A DNA stretch of 64,000 nucleotides. Origin: Mobula hypostoma (taxonomy: Eukaryota). Each line of letters opens with the position of its first letter. Positions within the stretch are counted from its first letter, which is position 1. Shown piece by piece: positions 34,800 to 48,589 of the stretch. Location: assembly GCF_963921235.1 (NCBI RefSeq), contig NC_086108.1, forward strand, positions 9,424,001 to 9,488,000. Reading direction: 5' to 3'. Below the pieces are notes generated by a model that was given only the letters and a program-made list of their open reading frames with translations, was not told where the DNA came from and searched no databases. The position numbers and the translations under genes are program-made.

Positions 34800-36605
34800 C
34801 CATTTTGTCACCCATAGTTCAGTCCCTCCCCACCTACATCCGGGATACATCCCATGCCCTCCACCTCTTCAATAACTTCCAGTTCCCCGGTCCCAACCGC
34901 TTCATTTTCACTATGGATGTCCAATCCCTATACACCTCCATTCCCCATCGAGAAGGCCTCAAAGCCCTCTGCTAGTTCCTGGATAATAGACCTCACCAGT
35001 TCCCCACCACCACTACCCTCCTCCGGTTGGCGGAACTGGTTCTCACACTTAATAACTTCTCTTTTGGCTCTTCCCACTTTCTTCAGACTAAGGGTGTAGC
35101 TATGGGAACTCGCATGGGACCCAGTTATGCCTGCCTCTTCGTTGGTTATGTGGAACAGTCTGTGCTCCAAACCTATTCCGGTACTGCTCCCCAACTTTTC
35201 CTTCGGTACATTGACGACTACATTGGTGCTGCTTCCTGCACCCATGATGAGCTCGTCAATTTCATCCACTTTACTTCAAACTTCCAGCCAGCCCTCAAAT
35301 TCACTTGGTCTATCTTGGACACTTCTCTCCCCTTTCTCGATGTCTCGGTCTCCATCTCTGGAGATAGACTGTCCACTGACATCTTCTACAAGCCCACTGA
35401 CTCTCATAACTACCTCGACTATACCTCTTCCCACCCCGCCACATGCAAAAATGCCATTCCCTATTCCCAGTTCCTCCGTCTCCGCCGCATCTGCTCCGAG
35501 GATGAGGCTTTCCATTCCAGGACATCTCAAATGTCCTCTTTCTTTAAGGATCGTGGTTTCCCTTCTACCGTCATCAATGATGCCCTCACCCGCATCTCCT
35601 CCATTTCCCGCACTTCGGCCTTCACCCTATCCTCCCGCCACCACAACAGGGACAGAATTCCCCTTGTCCTCACCTACCACCCCACCAGCCTCCGGATCCA
35701 GCACATTATCCTCCGCAACTTCCGTCACCTTCAACAGGACCCCACCACTAAGCACATCTTTCCCTCTCCACCCCGCTCCGCTTTCCGCAGGGATCGGTCC
35801 CTCCGTGACTCCCTTATCTGCACGTCCATCCCCACGGATCTCCCACCCGGCACTTATCCCTGTAAGCGCAAGTGCTACACCCGTCCCTACACCTCCTCTC
35901 TTGCCACTATTCAGGGCCCCAAACAGTCCTTCCAGGTGAGGCAACACTTCACTTGTGAGTCTGTTGGGGTCATCTATTGCATCCGGTACTCCCGGTGTGG
36001 CCTCCTCTACATCGGTGAAACCCGACGCAGATTGGGGGACCGCTTCGTCGAGCACCTCCGCTCAGTCCGCCACAACAGACAGGATCTTCAGGTAGCCACC
36101 CTCTTCAACTCTGCTTCCCACTCCCATTCAGATATGTCCATACATGACCTCCTCTACTGCCATGATGAGGCTAAACTCAGGTTGGAGGAGCAACACCTCA
36201 TATACCGTCTAGGTAGTCTCCAGCCCCTTGGTATGAACATAGAATTCTCCAGCTTCTGGTTAATTCCCTCCCCCTCCCTTCCCCTATCCCTATTTCACTT
36301 TGCCCTCTCCCCCAGCTGCCTATCATGGTCTCATGGTCCCGTCTTCTTCTACTACCCATTGTTTTCCTGCCTATGACATCCCGGCTTCCCTTCCCCCAAC
36401 CCTTTGTCTTTCAAATTACTGGTTTTTCAACTGAACCTACAAGCATTCTTCAAATCCTTCCCCTACTTCTTTGTTCAGTCCTGACGAAGGGTTCCGGCCC
36501 GAAACGTCTACTCATCATTTCCACTGATGCTGCCTGACCTGCTGAGTTCCTCCAGCATGTTGTGAGTGTTGCTTTGATCCCGGCATCTGCAGATTATTTT
36601 GTGTG
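34800..36605 (+). mobile_element. Penelope-like retroelement, 5'-truncated, RT plus GIY-YIG endonuclease largely in frame
   Basis: ORF 35027-36376: QTKGVAMGTRMGPSYA, RYIDD, FLDV, YKPTDSH (PLE RT) and VIYCI..LLYIGETRRRLGDRFVEH (GIY-YIG). There is an in-frame stop at ~34973 upstream. Confidence 0.93.
36476..36513 (+). ncRNA. Minimal hammerhead ribozyme motif (near-intact) in a Penelope-like tail
   Basis: CAGTC-CTGACGA-A-GGGTTCCGGCCC-GAAA-CGTC-TACT; cores and GUC are intact, with one helix I mismatch. Confidence 0.65.
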
Positions 36606-36606
36606 T

Positions 36607-38600
36607 AAGGGATATTGGAAACTTGGTTCGGAAAAAGAGAGGGATCTACAATAAATATTGGCAGCTTGGAGTTAATGAGGTGCTCGAGGAATATAAAGAA
36701 TGTAAAAAGAATCTTTAGAAAGAAATTAGAAAAGGTAAAAAAAGATACGAGGCTGCTTTAGCAAGTAAGGTGAAAATAAATCCAAGGGGTTTCTACAGTT
36801 ATATTAATAGCAAAAGGATAGTGAGGGATAAAATTGATCCCTTAGAGAATCAGAGTGGACGGCTATGTGCGGAGCCAAAAGAGATGGGGGAGATTTTGAA
36901 CCATTTCTTTTCTTCGGTGTTCACTAAGGAGAAGGATATTGAATTGTGTAAGATGAAGGAAACAAGAAGGGTAGTTACGGAAAGTATGATGATTAAAGAA
37001 GAGGAAGTACTGGCACTTTTAAGGAATATAAAAGTGGATAAGTCTCCGGGTCCGGACAAGATATTCCCTAGGACCTTGAGGGAAGTTAGTGTGGAAATAG
37101 CGGGGGCTCTGACAGAAATATTTCAAATGTCATTAGAAACAGAGATGGTGCTGGAGGATTGGTGTATTGCTCATATTGTTCCATTGTTTAAAAAGGGTTC
37201 TAAGAGTAAACCTAGCAATTATCGGCCTGTGACTTTGACATCAGTGGTGGGTAAATTGATGGAAAATATTCTTAGAGATTGTATATATAATTATCTGGAT
37301 AGACAGGGTCTGATTAGGAACAGTCAACATGGATTTGTGCATGGAAGGTCATGTTTGACAAATCTTATTGAATTTTTTGAAGAGGTTACTAGGAAAGTTG
37401 ACGAGGGTAAAGCGGTGGATGTTGTCTATATGGACTTCAGTAAGGCCTTTGACAAGGTTCCACACGGTAGGTTAGTTAGGAAGGTTCAATCGTTAGGCAT
37501 TAATATCGAAGTAATAGAATGGATTCAGCAGTGGCTGGGTGGGAGATGCCAGAGAGTAGTGGTGGATAACTGTTTGTCAGGTTGGAGGCTGGTGTGTAGC
37601 AGTGTGCCTCAGGGATCTATACTGGGTCCAATGTTGTTTGTCATATGTATTAATGATCTGGATGATGTGGTGGTAAATTGGATTAGTAAGTATGCAGATG
37701 ATACTAAGATAGGTGGCGTTGTGGATAATGAAGTAGGATTTCAAAGCTTGCAGAGAGATTTAGGCCACTTAGAAGAGTGGGCTGAAAGATGGCAGATGGA
37801 GTTTAATGCTGAAAAATGTGAGGTGCTACATTTTGGTAGGACTAATCAAAATAGGACATACATGGTAAATGGTAGGGCATTGAAGAATGCTATAGAACAG
37901 AGGGATCTAGGAATAATGGTGCATAGTTCCCTGAAGGTGGAATAGGGTGGTGAAGAAAGCTTTTGATATGCTGGCCTTTATTAATCAGAGCATTGAGTAT
38001 AGGAGTTGGGATGTAATGTTGAAATTGTATCAGGTATTGGTGAGGCCAAATTTGGAGCATTGTGTACAGTTCTGGTCACCAAATTATAGGAAAGGTGTCA
38101 GTAAAATAGAGAGAGTACAGAGGAGATTTACTAAAATGTTGCCTGGGTTTCATCACCTAAGTTACAGAGAAAGGTTGAACAAGTTAGGTATTTATTCTTT
38201 GGAGCGTAGAAGGTTGAGGGGGGACTTGATAGAGGTGTTTAAAATTATGAGGGGGATAGATAGAGTTGACGTGGAAAGGCTTTTTCCATTGAGAGTGGGG
38301 GAGATTCAAACAAGAGGACATGAGTTGAGAGTTAAAGGGCAAAAGTTTAGGGGTAACATGAGGGGGAACTTCTTTACTCAGAGAGTGGTAGCTGTGTGGA
38401 ACGAGCTTCCAGCAGAAGTGGTTGAGGCAGGTTCGATATTGTCACTTAAAGTTAAATTGGATAGATATATGGACAGGAAAGGAATGGAGGGTTATGGGCT
38501 GAGTGCAGGTCGGTGGGACTAGGTGAGAGTAAGAGTTCAGCACGGACTAGAAGGGCTGAGATGACCTGTTTCCGTGCTGTAATTGTTATATGGTTATATG
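36607..38600 (+). mobile_element. CR1 LINE, 5'-truncated, RT nearly intact
   Basis: ORFs 36770-37945 and 37947-38522 with KSPGPDKI, NYRPVTLTS, QHGF, YMDFSKAFDKVPH, KYADDTK; (TTATATGG)-type tail. Confidence 0.94.
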
Positions 38601-39789
38601 ATGCATGGGTAGCCACCGTACAGTCCTCATAGATCAGGGTCCAGTGGCCTGGAACGCAAGACGACTGGGGACCCTTCATTGTTACTGTGATGTGTCAACA
38701 TCTTCCGCCAGCTCCACCGTTGAGGTCTTGGCTGGATTGCTCCTTGTCTGGAAGCTCCCCCTTGACCCTACCCCCATGGATGACCCTACCAGGAGCTGAG
38801 CATCAGACAGACTCGTTCCCAGGATCTCTCAGGCCTCTCCACCATGACAAGGTGATGATCTCTGGTGAAGTTACTATTACTTCTGCAGTAATATACCAAA
38901 TGTGTGACACAGATATTGTTGTACACCAGTCTGCCACTCTGTAATGAGTTTGCACTACTGGTGATTATGGCTTTGTCAGTTTCACAGTGGGGGCACACCA
39001 CCACGCGGAGGGTGGATGTGTCCCTGTATAAGATGGAGCAGTCGGGTGGTGTTTGAAATCCAAGATACCCGACTGTTGGGAGAATCAAATTGTACAGGAT
39101 TAATGGTTGATTCACGCTGACACCCTATTCCTTTTTATGAGCTAAATTTTACCACTCCAGCCCAGGTTAAACTAGAAATGACAAAGGGATAATGAAACAA
39201 AGATCAGAGGCATAGGCTCCTTGAAATAGTAATTTTATTTTATTTAAAGTATAATGTAGAACAGGCCCTTCCAGCCCTCTGAACCACGTCACCCAGCAAC
39301 CCACTATTTAACCCTGGCCTAATCACGGGACAATTTACAATGACCAATTAGCCTACTAACCCGTACGCCTTTAGACTGTGGGAGGAAACCCACGTACACA
39401 CGGAGAGAACATACAGTCTTACTGACAGAAGATTCCGGAATTGAACTCTGACCTCTGATGCCCTGTGGCAACCCAGTAATCTGCCTCTGTGAGACTAGAC
39501 AAAAATCAAACCACATTTTTAGATGCATTTGGATAAGAAATCTCATTTGAATAAGAAATCTGTTTTATGATTGCCAGCACACACAAAACCTGGAGAAACT
39601 CCAAGTCAGGCAACATCAATAGAGGGAATAGACACCCCTCATTAGCACTGGAAAGGAAGGGGGAAGAGGCCAGAATAAGGTGAGGGGAAGGAATACAAGC
39701 TGGTAGGTGAGAGGTGAGACCAGGTGAGAGGGGAGGTGACTGGTGGAAGAGGTAAAGGGCTGAAGTAAGGGAGTCTGACAGGAGAGCAA

Positions 39790-40975
39790 ATTCAAAATTC
39801 TGAGGTGCAAGGAAACTCGGGAGTCCTCGTGCAGGATCCCTAAAGTTAATTTGTAGGTTGAGTCTGTGGTGAGGAAGGCAAATGCAATGTTAGCATTCAT
39901 TTCAAGAGGACTAGAATATAAAAGCAAGGATATAGCGTTGAGGCTTTTATAAAGCACTGGCGAGCAGTTCTGGGCACCTTGTCTAAGAAAGGATGTGCAG
40001 ATATTGGAGAGAGTTCAAAGAAGGTTCATGAAAATTATTCTGGGATTGAAAGACTTATCATATGAGGAGCATTTGATGCCCCTGGACCTATACTCACTGG
40101 AATTCAGAAGAATGAGGGGTGATGTCAGAATTAGAATCAGGTTTTATTATCACTGGCATGTGTCATGAAATTTGTTAACTTAGCAGCAGCAGTTCAATGC
40201 AATACATAATCTAGAAGAAAAAAAATAAAATAATAATAATAAGTCAATAAATAAATTACAGTATATGTATATTGAATATATTTAAATCATTGAAAAACAA
40301 ATAATATACATTAAAAAAGTGAGGTGGTGTTCAATGTCCATTTAGGAATTGGGTGGGAGAGGGGAAGAAGCTGTTCCTGAATCGCTGAGTGTGTGCCTTC
40401 AGGCTCCTGTACCTCCTCCCTGATGGTAACAGTGAGATATGTTGGGACCAGGTTAGATCCTCAGAGATCTTGACACCCAGGAACTTGAAACTGCTCACTG
40501 TCTCCACTTCTGATCCCTCTATGAGGATTGGTTTGTGTTCCTTCATCTTACCCTTCCTGAATTCCGCAATCAGCTCTTCCGTCTTACTGACGTTGAGTGC
40601 CAGGTTGTTGCTGCGACACCACTCCACTAGTTGAAACCTATTGAATATTGAAGGGCCTCAATAGAGTGGATATGGGGAGGATGTTTCCAATGTTGGGGAG
40701 TCTAAGACCAGAGGACACAGCCTCAGACTGGAGGGACATCCTTTCAGAATAGAGATGAGGAGGGATTTCTTTAACCAGAGGGTGATGAATCTGTGGAATA
40801 TGTTGTGGGGTCCAAGGTTATTGGGTATACTTAAGGCAGTGGTTGACAGATTCTTGAGTGGTCAGGGCAGAGGGGTTATGGGGAGATGGCAGGAGATTGG
40901 GACTGAGAGGGAAATAGACCTGCCATAACTCGATGGGCCAAATGGCCTGATTCTGCTGCTATATCTTATGGTCTG
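39790..40975 (+). mobile_element. CR1 3' fragment with a nested antisense Rex1/Babar-like fragment (~40126-40630)
   Basis: CR1 'ggtgatgtca|ttgaaacctat' is split; the insert encodes WCRSNNLALNVSKTEELI..LLPSGRRYRSL on the minus strand. Confidence 0.78.
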
Positions 40976-42984
40976 GGAGAGGTCAGTTGACCAAGGGAGA
41001 AAGGGGAAGAGGAGAGAACCAGAGGGAGATATTGGGCAGACAAGGGGTTAGAAGGGAGCCAGAGAAAGAGAGAAGGGGAAGGGGGATGTGTGGGGTGGTG
41101 GTGGAAAGAGATGTTCATGTCAGGTTGGAGGCTGCTCAGATGGAATGAGGATCTGCTCCTTCACCGAGTGGGGCCCCATCGTGGGAGAAGAGGAGGCTTT
41201 AGGCAGGCATGTCGCAACGGGAATGGGAAGCAACTTTGAAACGGATTGCACCAGGAAATCCCACCTTTTGCAGCAGATGGAGCAAAGGAGCTCGATGAAG
41301 CAGCAGGTCTCACTGACACAGATTATACCGGATACAGCTGATGATCCTGACAGACCCGTGGGTGAAGGGGCAGGAGTAGCACCTGTCCCACTTGCAGAGA
41401 TACGGGTCAGGAGGCAGGCCAGTGGAGAGGGACAAGACAACAAGGGAGTCACGCAAAGCATAAAGCATAGCACGACGGGAGATGTGCTTCGTGATAGGAT
41501 CCCGTTATACAGGGAGTGATGTGTTGGACACAGAGTTTCGTCGGGCAGCAGGTAAGGCCAAGGGGAATTCTATCCCTGTGAGCTGTGGGGGTGGGATGGA
41601 GATTTTTGAGTTTGCAATCTGCCAGAAACAGAGGATAAAGGTGCTGAGAACATGAGTATATGAAATTTTCCAGCTAAAGTGCAGATCCAAGAGTACTGTT
41701 CTCTGAAACTGCAAACATCCAGCCAGCATTCTAGGGTAAATGAGCAAACATCACTGCAGCAGAGGTGAAGAGATCTATTCCTCCCTTTCATTGTCCCAGT
41801 CATTATAGACCCTCAGGAGATGAGGAATGATTTTTATACAATATTTGTCTTTACAGCACTATGACTTTTGTTGTTTACTTTTTGTGAATGTTGTGTATTT
41901 GATGCCAAGTGTCTGGGATGGTGCTGTAAGGTAACGTTTTTTTAATTGCACATGTGTACACCCATATTTGTACTTAAACTCAACTTTGAAAAAGGTCCAT
42001 TTCAGGAGAAACACCAGGTCATGGAGAACTTCCTTCAAATGCCTCTTAATATCAGAGATTGTATACAGTATACAACCGGAAATTCGTACTCTTCACAAAC
42101 GTCCACAAAACAAGAAACCCCATAGAATGAATGAGGATAACATCGAAGCCCTAGAACACCCCTCCCCCACCATTTGTGCCCGCAGAAGAACCAACCCCCA
42201 CCCCCGCTCCACCATGCAATTAGCAGAAGCCCCCAAAGAGACCTTCAAGACTACAATCCACAACCAAGCACTTCAGTGCCCATGGAGGGAGAGAGAGAGA
42301 TCACTTCTGCAACAACGAGAGCAGATACCAGCAACTCGCTGTTCCAATGTTACAATCTTCCACAGGATGGTGATGCTGAAAACTTTCTCCACTTTGCTGC
42401 AAAAGGCAGATTTCCTGTCTCCACCTATTTCAATTCGAATTGACATTCCCATTCCAACATGTCCTCCTCTACTGCCATGATGAGGTCAAACTCATGTTGG
42501 AAGGGCAATGCCTCACAATTCCAGTAATTTTGCCATCTCCCTCCTCTTCCCTAATTCTACTCCCCATTCTAACTTCCTCTCAACATTTCCCTTTCTTACC
42601 TGCCCACCACCTTCCCCTTGTGCTGTTCCTCCATCCCTTTCTTCTACAGTCCTCTCTCCTCTCCAGTGAGTTTCTTCCTTCAGTTCTTTATCTCTTCCAC
42701 CTATCACCTCCCAGCTTCTTACTTCATCCCCCCTTCGCCCTCACCATGTCTCACCTGTCAGCTGCCAGTTTGTACTCCTACCCCTCCCCTCCCTTTCCAG
42801 TGCTGATGAAAGGTTTCTGCCCAAAACCATTCCCCTCTGCAGATGGAGCCCGAATTATTGAGTTCCTCCAGCATTTTGTGTATGTTGCGCTGGAAACTTC
42901 CATTGCTCCCCCCTCGTTCGTAATTCAAGTGACAACGTGCACTCCTAAGAGCTGGAGACTGTCTGCACAAAACTTTCAAGTTCT

Positions 42985-43530
42985 TCCTCATCCTTGTGCC
43001 CTTAACTCCTGGTGGAGTCGTCAGGGTGTCGTCATGACAAGCTTTGCGCTAGTCTGTTCCATCTGTCGCGGTTGTGTGCCAGAGCCTGGGTCACCGCAGA
43101 TGTTTTCCCTGTCCATTCTTTAATGTTGTCCTTCCATCTTTTCCTCTGTCTGCCTCTCCTTCTTTTCCCCTCCATAGTTCCTTGTTGAACGGTCTTTGCA
43201 AGGCCACTGAATCTTGTTACGTGGCCGCACCATCTCAGCTTTCTTTTCTTCACCGTTGTGAGAAGGTCTTCATGGGGGCCAATGTGGTGCTGGATGGTCT
43301 CGCGGACCTGCTCGTTTGTGACGTGGTCCAAGTATGAGATGCCCCAGATGTTGCGACAGCATTTCATTTCCAATGCCTGTATCTTCCTCTGTGGCTCTGC
43401 TGTGAGGGTCCATGTCTCACATGCGTACAGGAAGATGGAGAGTACCAGTGCATGCAGGAGTCTGATCTTGTACTTCCATATTGTTGCTGTCCCTCCATAT
43501 TGTCCTGAGTTTGGATAGTGCAGTCAGCGT
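42985..43530 (-). mobile_element. RTE-clade LINE 3' fragment
   Basis: EMKCCRNIWGISYLDHVTNEQV..KRKLRWCGHV..GTMEGKRRRGRQRKRWKDNI is the typical RTE C-terminus. Confidence 0.85.
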
Positions 43531-44692
43531 ATCACTGTAAAAAGTACATTTTCCTGTGATGCTGCCTGTGCTTTCTTGGGTTAAAAGGTAGTTATACTTT
43601 TAAATACAAGTTAAAACAAAATTGTTGCCAACCATGGGATTTGAACTGAGCTGGACGGCTGCACTCTGCACTTGCAAATTTGTGCAGGTGGGGAGCATTC
43701 TAACTGGCTGCATCACCATCTGGTATGGGGGGGGGTGCAGATCAAATTAAGCTGCAGAGTTGTAAACACAGTCAGCTCCATCATTGGCACTAGCCTCCGT
43801 AGTATCCAAGACATCTTCCAGGGTTGATCCTCAGTTAGGACCCCCACCACCCAGGTTATGCCTTGTTCTCATTGCTACCATCAGAGCCCTGGAGGCACGC
43901 ACTCCGCTTCTTCCCCTCCACCATCAGATTTCTGAATGGACATTGAACCCATGAACACTACCTCACCACTTTTTCTTTCTCTTTTTGCGTGATTATTGAA
44001 GGAGAATATTTAAGTGATTATTTAACTTTTTCTTAAAGGAGGCCGTGGACAGACATGTTGGAACGGGAATGGCAAGTCGAATTGAAATGGGGGACCACCG
44101 GGAGATGCTGCCTTTTGTGGTGGAATGGAGTCACTGTCACTATTCCGTGGAAGACATAACATCAGAACAGTGGGATGCTGCTATCCGCTCTCGTTGTTGC
44201 CGGGCAGTGACCTCTCTTCTCCTTTGACGGAGAAAGATACCCAAAGTGCTGGGTTGTGGAAAGGAGCTTTGATGGACTCTGGATCAAAGTCTGTTTTTTT
44301 TTGGGGGGGGTGGAAATGAGGGTGGCTTTTGCTGTAGTCTGCGTGTGCAGGAGAGTGGGGTCAGTGCTTCCGCTGGTGCGAGGGGTTGGGTGGAGGGGTT
44401 GGCTGATCCTTTTGCTGCTGCTTGTGGGGGCTTTGACATTGTTTTCTGTATGTCTACATTTATGTATACTTACATCGATCTATGAGTATATCTCTATATA
44501 TTACATATACAGTATATACTTAGTGTCAATATGGTTGTTGTGACGAGTCTAGTGTGGTAGTGTAGTGAGTAGTGCTCGTCACTCTCACGTTCAGCTTCCA
44601 GCGCTGGCTGGCAGTCTTGCGAAAAAGAGAGTTGAATGTGTCAGTCTCCCCCTGCCAGCACATTGCCTGTCCAACAGCAAGCCTCATGTAGT

Positions 44693-45983
44693 AACACACA
44701 TCAAAGTTGCTGGTGAACGCAGCAGGCCAGGCAGCATCTCTAGGAAGAGGTGCAGTCGTCGTTTCAGGCCGAGATCCTTCGTCAGGACTAACTGAAGGAA
44801 GAGTGAGTAAGGGATTTGAAAGTTGGGGGGGGGGATCCAAAATGATAGGAGAAGACAGGAGGGGGAGGGATGGAGCCAAGAGCTGGACAGGTGATAGGCA
44901 AAAGGGATATGAGAGGATCACGGGACAGGGAGAAGGAAAAGGGGGAGGGGGGGAAGCCCAGAGGGTGGGCAAGGGGTATAGTCAGAGGGACAGAGGGAGA
45001 AAAAGGAGAGTGAGAGAAAGAATGTGTGTATAAAAATAAATAAATAACATATGGGGTGAGGGGGAGGTGGGGTATTAACAGAAGTTAGAGAAGTCAATGT
45101 TCATGCCATCAGGTTGGAGGCTACCCAGACGGAATATAAGGTGTTGTTCCTCCAACCTGAGTGTGGCTTCATCTTTACAGTAGAGGAGGCCGTGGATAGA
45201 CATGTCAGAATGGGAATGGGATGTGGAATTAAAGTGTGTGGCGATGGGGAGATCCTGCATTCTCTGGCGGACAGAGCGTAGATGTTCAGCAAAGGTCTCC
45301 CAGTCTGCGTCGGGTCTCGCCAATATATAAAAGGCCACATCGGGAGCACCGGACGCAGTACATCACCCCAGTCGACTCACAGGTGAAGTGTCGCCTCACC
45401 TGGAAGGACTGTCTGGGGCCCTGAATGGTGGTAAGGGAGGAAGTGTAAGGGCATGTGTAGCACTTGTTCCGCTTACACGGATAAGTGCCAGGAGGGAGTG
45501 GGGAGGGATGGGGGGGACGAATGGACAAGGGCGTCGCATAGGGAGCGATCCCTGCCGAAAGCCGGGGGGGGGGGAAGAGGGAAAGATGTGCTTAGTGGTG
45601 GGATCCCGTTGGAGGTGGCGGAAGTTACGGAGAATAATATGTTGGACCTGGAGGCTGGTGGGGTGGTAGGTGAGGACCAGGGGAACCCTATTCCTAGTGG
45701 GGTGGCAGGAGGATAGAGTCAGGGCAGATGTGCATGAAATGTGGGAGATGCGTTTGAGAGCAGAGTTGATAGTGGAGGAAGGGAAGCCCCTTTCTTTAAA
45801 AAAGGAGGACATCTCCCTCGTCCTGAAATGAAAAGCCTCATCCTGAGAGCAGATGCGGCGGAGACGGAGGAATTGCGAGAAGGGGATGGCGTTTTTGCAA
45901 GAGACAGGGTGAGAAGAGGAATAGTCCAGATAGCTGTGAGAGTCAGTAGGCTTATAGTAGACATCAGTAGATAAGCTGTCTCC
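44693..45983 (-). mobile_element. Penelope-like element (RT C-terminus, GIY-YIG, tail)
   Basis: LSTDVYYKPTDSH..FSQFLRLRRIC; VMYCVRCSRCGLLYIGETRRRLG; the tail has a hammerhead-like motif at ~44753-44790. Confidence 0.9.
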
Positions 45984-47393
45984 TCGCTGGCGATACACAG
46001 TAACTGAACTCCTTTTGGACTCAGGCTGGACTACAGAGTACTGGGAGGAGGTCTGGCCCCTGCACACACACCACACAGGCCCACTGGTGCTCGTAAACCA
46101 GATCGCCAGTTATGGGTAAATAGTCCCAATGCCTTGTGGGCAGCCTCAGGAGAGACCAAGGCTACGGGAGTAAACCCGGACAACAAATTCAGAGTGGAGG
46201 CCCTAAGGCGGCTGGACGTCATTGAATATCCTTCCGGCAGCTCCTGCGGCCGAGCTGGTGCCAAACGTATTGCTTCATAAACTTTCCTTTGGTCTACACC
46301 GGTGAGGCTGAGAGGGGGATCTGGACGAATGGGTATCTCAGGATCTCCATACCTTCCACCCAGGCATGCGATGATGATCATAGTCACCCATTCTCCTTCA
46401 AGTTAGATGGATACCAACAACATTATATACTTACTGTAATTCACAGATTTTATTATGTATTGCAATGTACGGCTGCCACGTAACAACTGATTTCACAACA
46501 TATGCCAATGATATTATACCGGATTCTGAAGTTAACAATGCTTCCACAGTCTGCTCGCTACATGTTCATCATTCTGGATTATGAACGCTGTCACTAACAT
46601 CTCCACAGTAGGAGGCATCAAACCTTCCACTGAAGAATTTCCAAACTGGGAAGTCCAAATATTTCAGCTCGTCAGAAGTATTAAAGGCTGGCACTTTCCT
46701 TGTGGCCCTTATGTATCATATGAAAAAAGATAAATATTTAAAATGAAACAAAACTATTAAGCAGCCGTTTTCAATCACCACAAGAATTTGGTCTTGGCAG
46801 AACAGAAGGTTACTGCTGAAATATTTTCCAGACTCACATTACGCAGCCCCTTCACAAAGCAACATTAGTTCAGAATAAAAATCTGTACAGTTGGCTGGGG
46901 ACTAATATTGCCCAATAAATATTTGGTCACTCACCAAAGTGAATTCAGCCCCTGGTCCACCCCAACCCCACCTTCCTCCCATCCACCGCCTCCCCTTCCT
47001 GCACGCCCACGTGGCATCATTCTCTCTCCACAGAGAATACTGTAAATCCAGAGGCTGATGTTGGCTCTGAAGAAATACACAGATGTAGATCTCTACGGTA
47101 CAGGCAGCTCGCTGGAAAGTCCATCAGTGAAGTTTGTTCCTCAGGACCACAACAGGCAGATGGACAGCACAGTGGCTTAGAGGGTAGATCTGTTGCCCTA
47201 TGGCGGTTTCTACCTTGGCCTCAGATGCTGTCAGGTTCTCCGTATGACCAGGTGGGATTTTCTGGATGCCGTGGTTTCCTCCCAGATCTCAAAGATGAGA
47301 CAGTTGGTTCATTTAACAGACTATCAATTACCCCTAGGTCCCTTAAGTTTGTTATAGCTGGGGGTGGTAATGGGGATAAGCTCACACTACCTA

Positions 47394-47886
47394 CGAGGGG
47401 TGATTGATAAGTTCGTGACCTAAGGTAGAAGGAGTCAATTTTAGAAAACCTAGCACATTTATATTTCAACATAGTCCCCTCCTACATTTACACACTAAGT
47501 CCAGCGGTCGTGGAGCATACAGATCTTGGACCTCCAGAAAGTGCCCACAGCAGGGGTGACTGATAAGTTTGTGGCTGAAGGTAGGAGATGAGTTTTATAG
47601 CTTTCGTTGCATGCATGTGCAGTTCAACTCTGAGTGATTATGCAGAAAGTTTGAAGTTAATAACTCATCTCTGTCTACCTTAGGCCACAAACTTATCAAT
47701 CAGCCCTGCTGTGGACCACTTTCTGGAGGTCCAAGACGCCAACTTCTACAAAGGGATCCGTATGCTCCACGACCGCTGGACTAAATGTGTAAGTGCAGGA
47801 GGGGACTATGTTGAAAAATAAACATGCGAGGATTTCTAGAATGGACTTCTTCTACCGTAGGCCACAGACTTATCAATTACCCCTCG
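47394..47886. mobile_element. Mariner-derived fold-back non-autonomous element (493 bp)
   Basis: TA|CGAGGGGTGATTGATAAGT...ACTTATCAATTACCCCTCG|TA. Both arms carry the mariner transposase C-terminal end (right arm GIRMLHDRWTKCVSAGGDYVEK*). Confidence 0.88.
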
Positions 47887-48589
47887 TAAAAATGCTCCCA
47901 ATGGTGTGCACCTCAAATAGCCTCTGACAACCAAGTTCCCTTCCCGGCCTTCATGTGTGGCTTAGCTATCAAGCCAAGCTGAACCATTTCTATTGACAGT
48001 CTTAAAGCCGGTTGCTTCACGCAGATGGAGCTCAACAACGGTGGATGGCAGCTCATTTAGGAGAAGGAAAACTCTGATGTCTTGAGGCTATACCCACTCA
48101 CAGGGAACTCCTTGGGAGTGAACCCCGATGGAAAGAAATCAAAGAGCTGGAGTCACTTATGCAGTGCTACGTTGAATTCAACGGTGACTGGCAACTCCTA
48201 CGACACTGCTAGTGCCTAACTGTATCGGTCTCAGCCGTTCCTTTGATGCATGGAGATGGGGAGCTTGCTACATGGGCAACAACTTGCTCTCCATATTGTA
48301 CTGCCCTGGCTTGCATATCTAGACAGCTAGGACACAATATCCATGGTCGACCCTGACCAACTGAGGCCTCCAAATTACCCCTAGAGTAGGCAAGCAGTAG
48401 AATTTGGGGAGAACAGGATCAGCCAAAGATAACCAAGACCACCACTTGAGTGGAGGTCAAGTGAGATTGACTAACCCAGTATGGGCACTGGGGTTGTTTC
48501 AGTTTGTTATTCTACCCATTTTTAACATTGGTAGAGGGCGAAGTTCCCAAATCAATTAGGGTATGAATATCACAGAAAATAGAGTGTTA

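Noticed and set aside
35027..36376. Group II intron or retron-like RT with homing endonuclease
   Set aside because: RT plus C-terminal GIY-YIG with many decayed copies in the window is the standard Penelope-like architecture.
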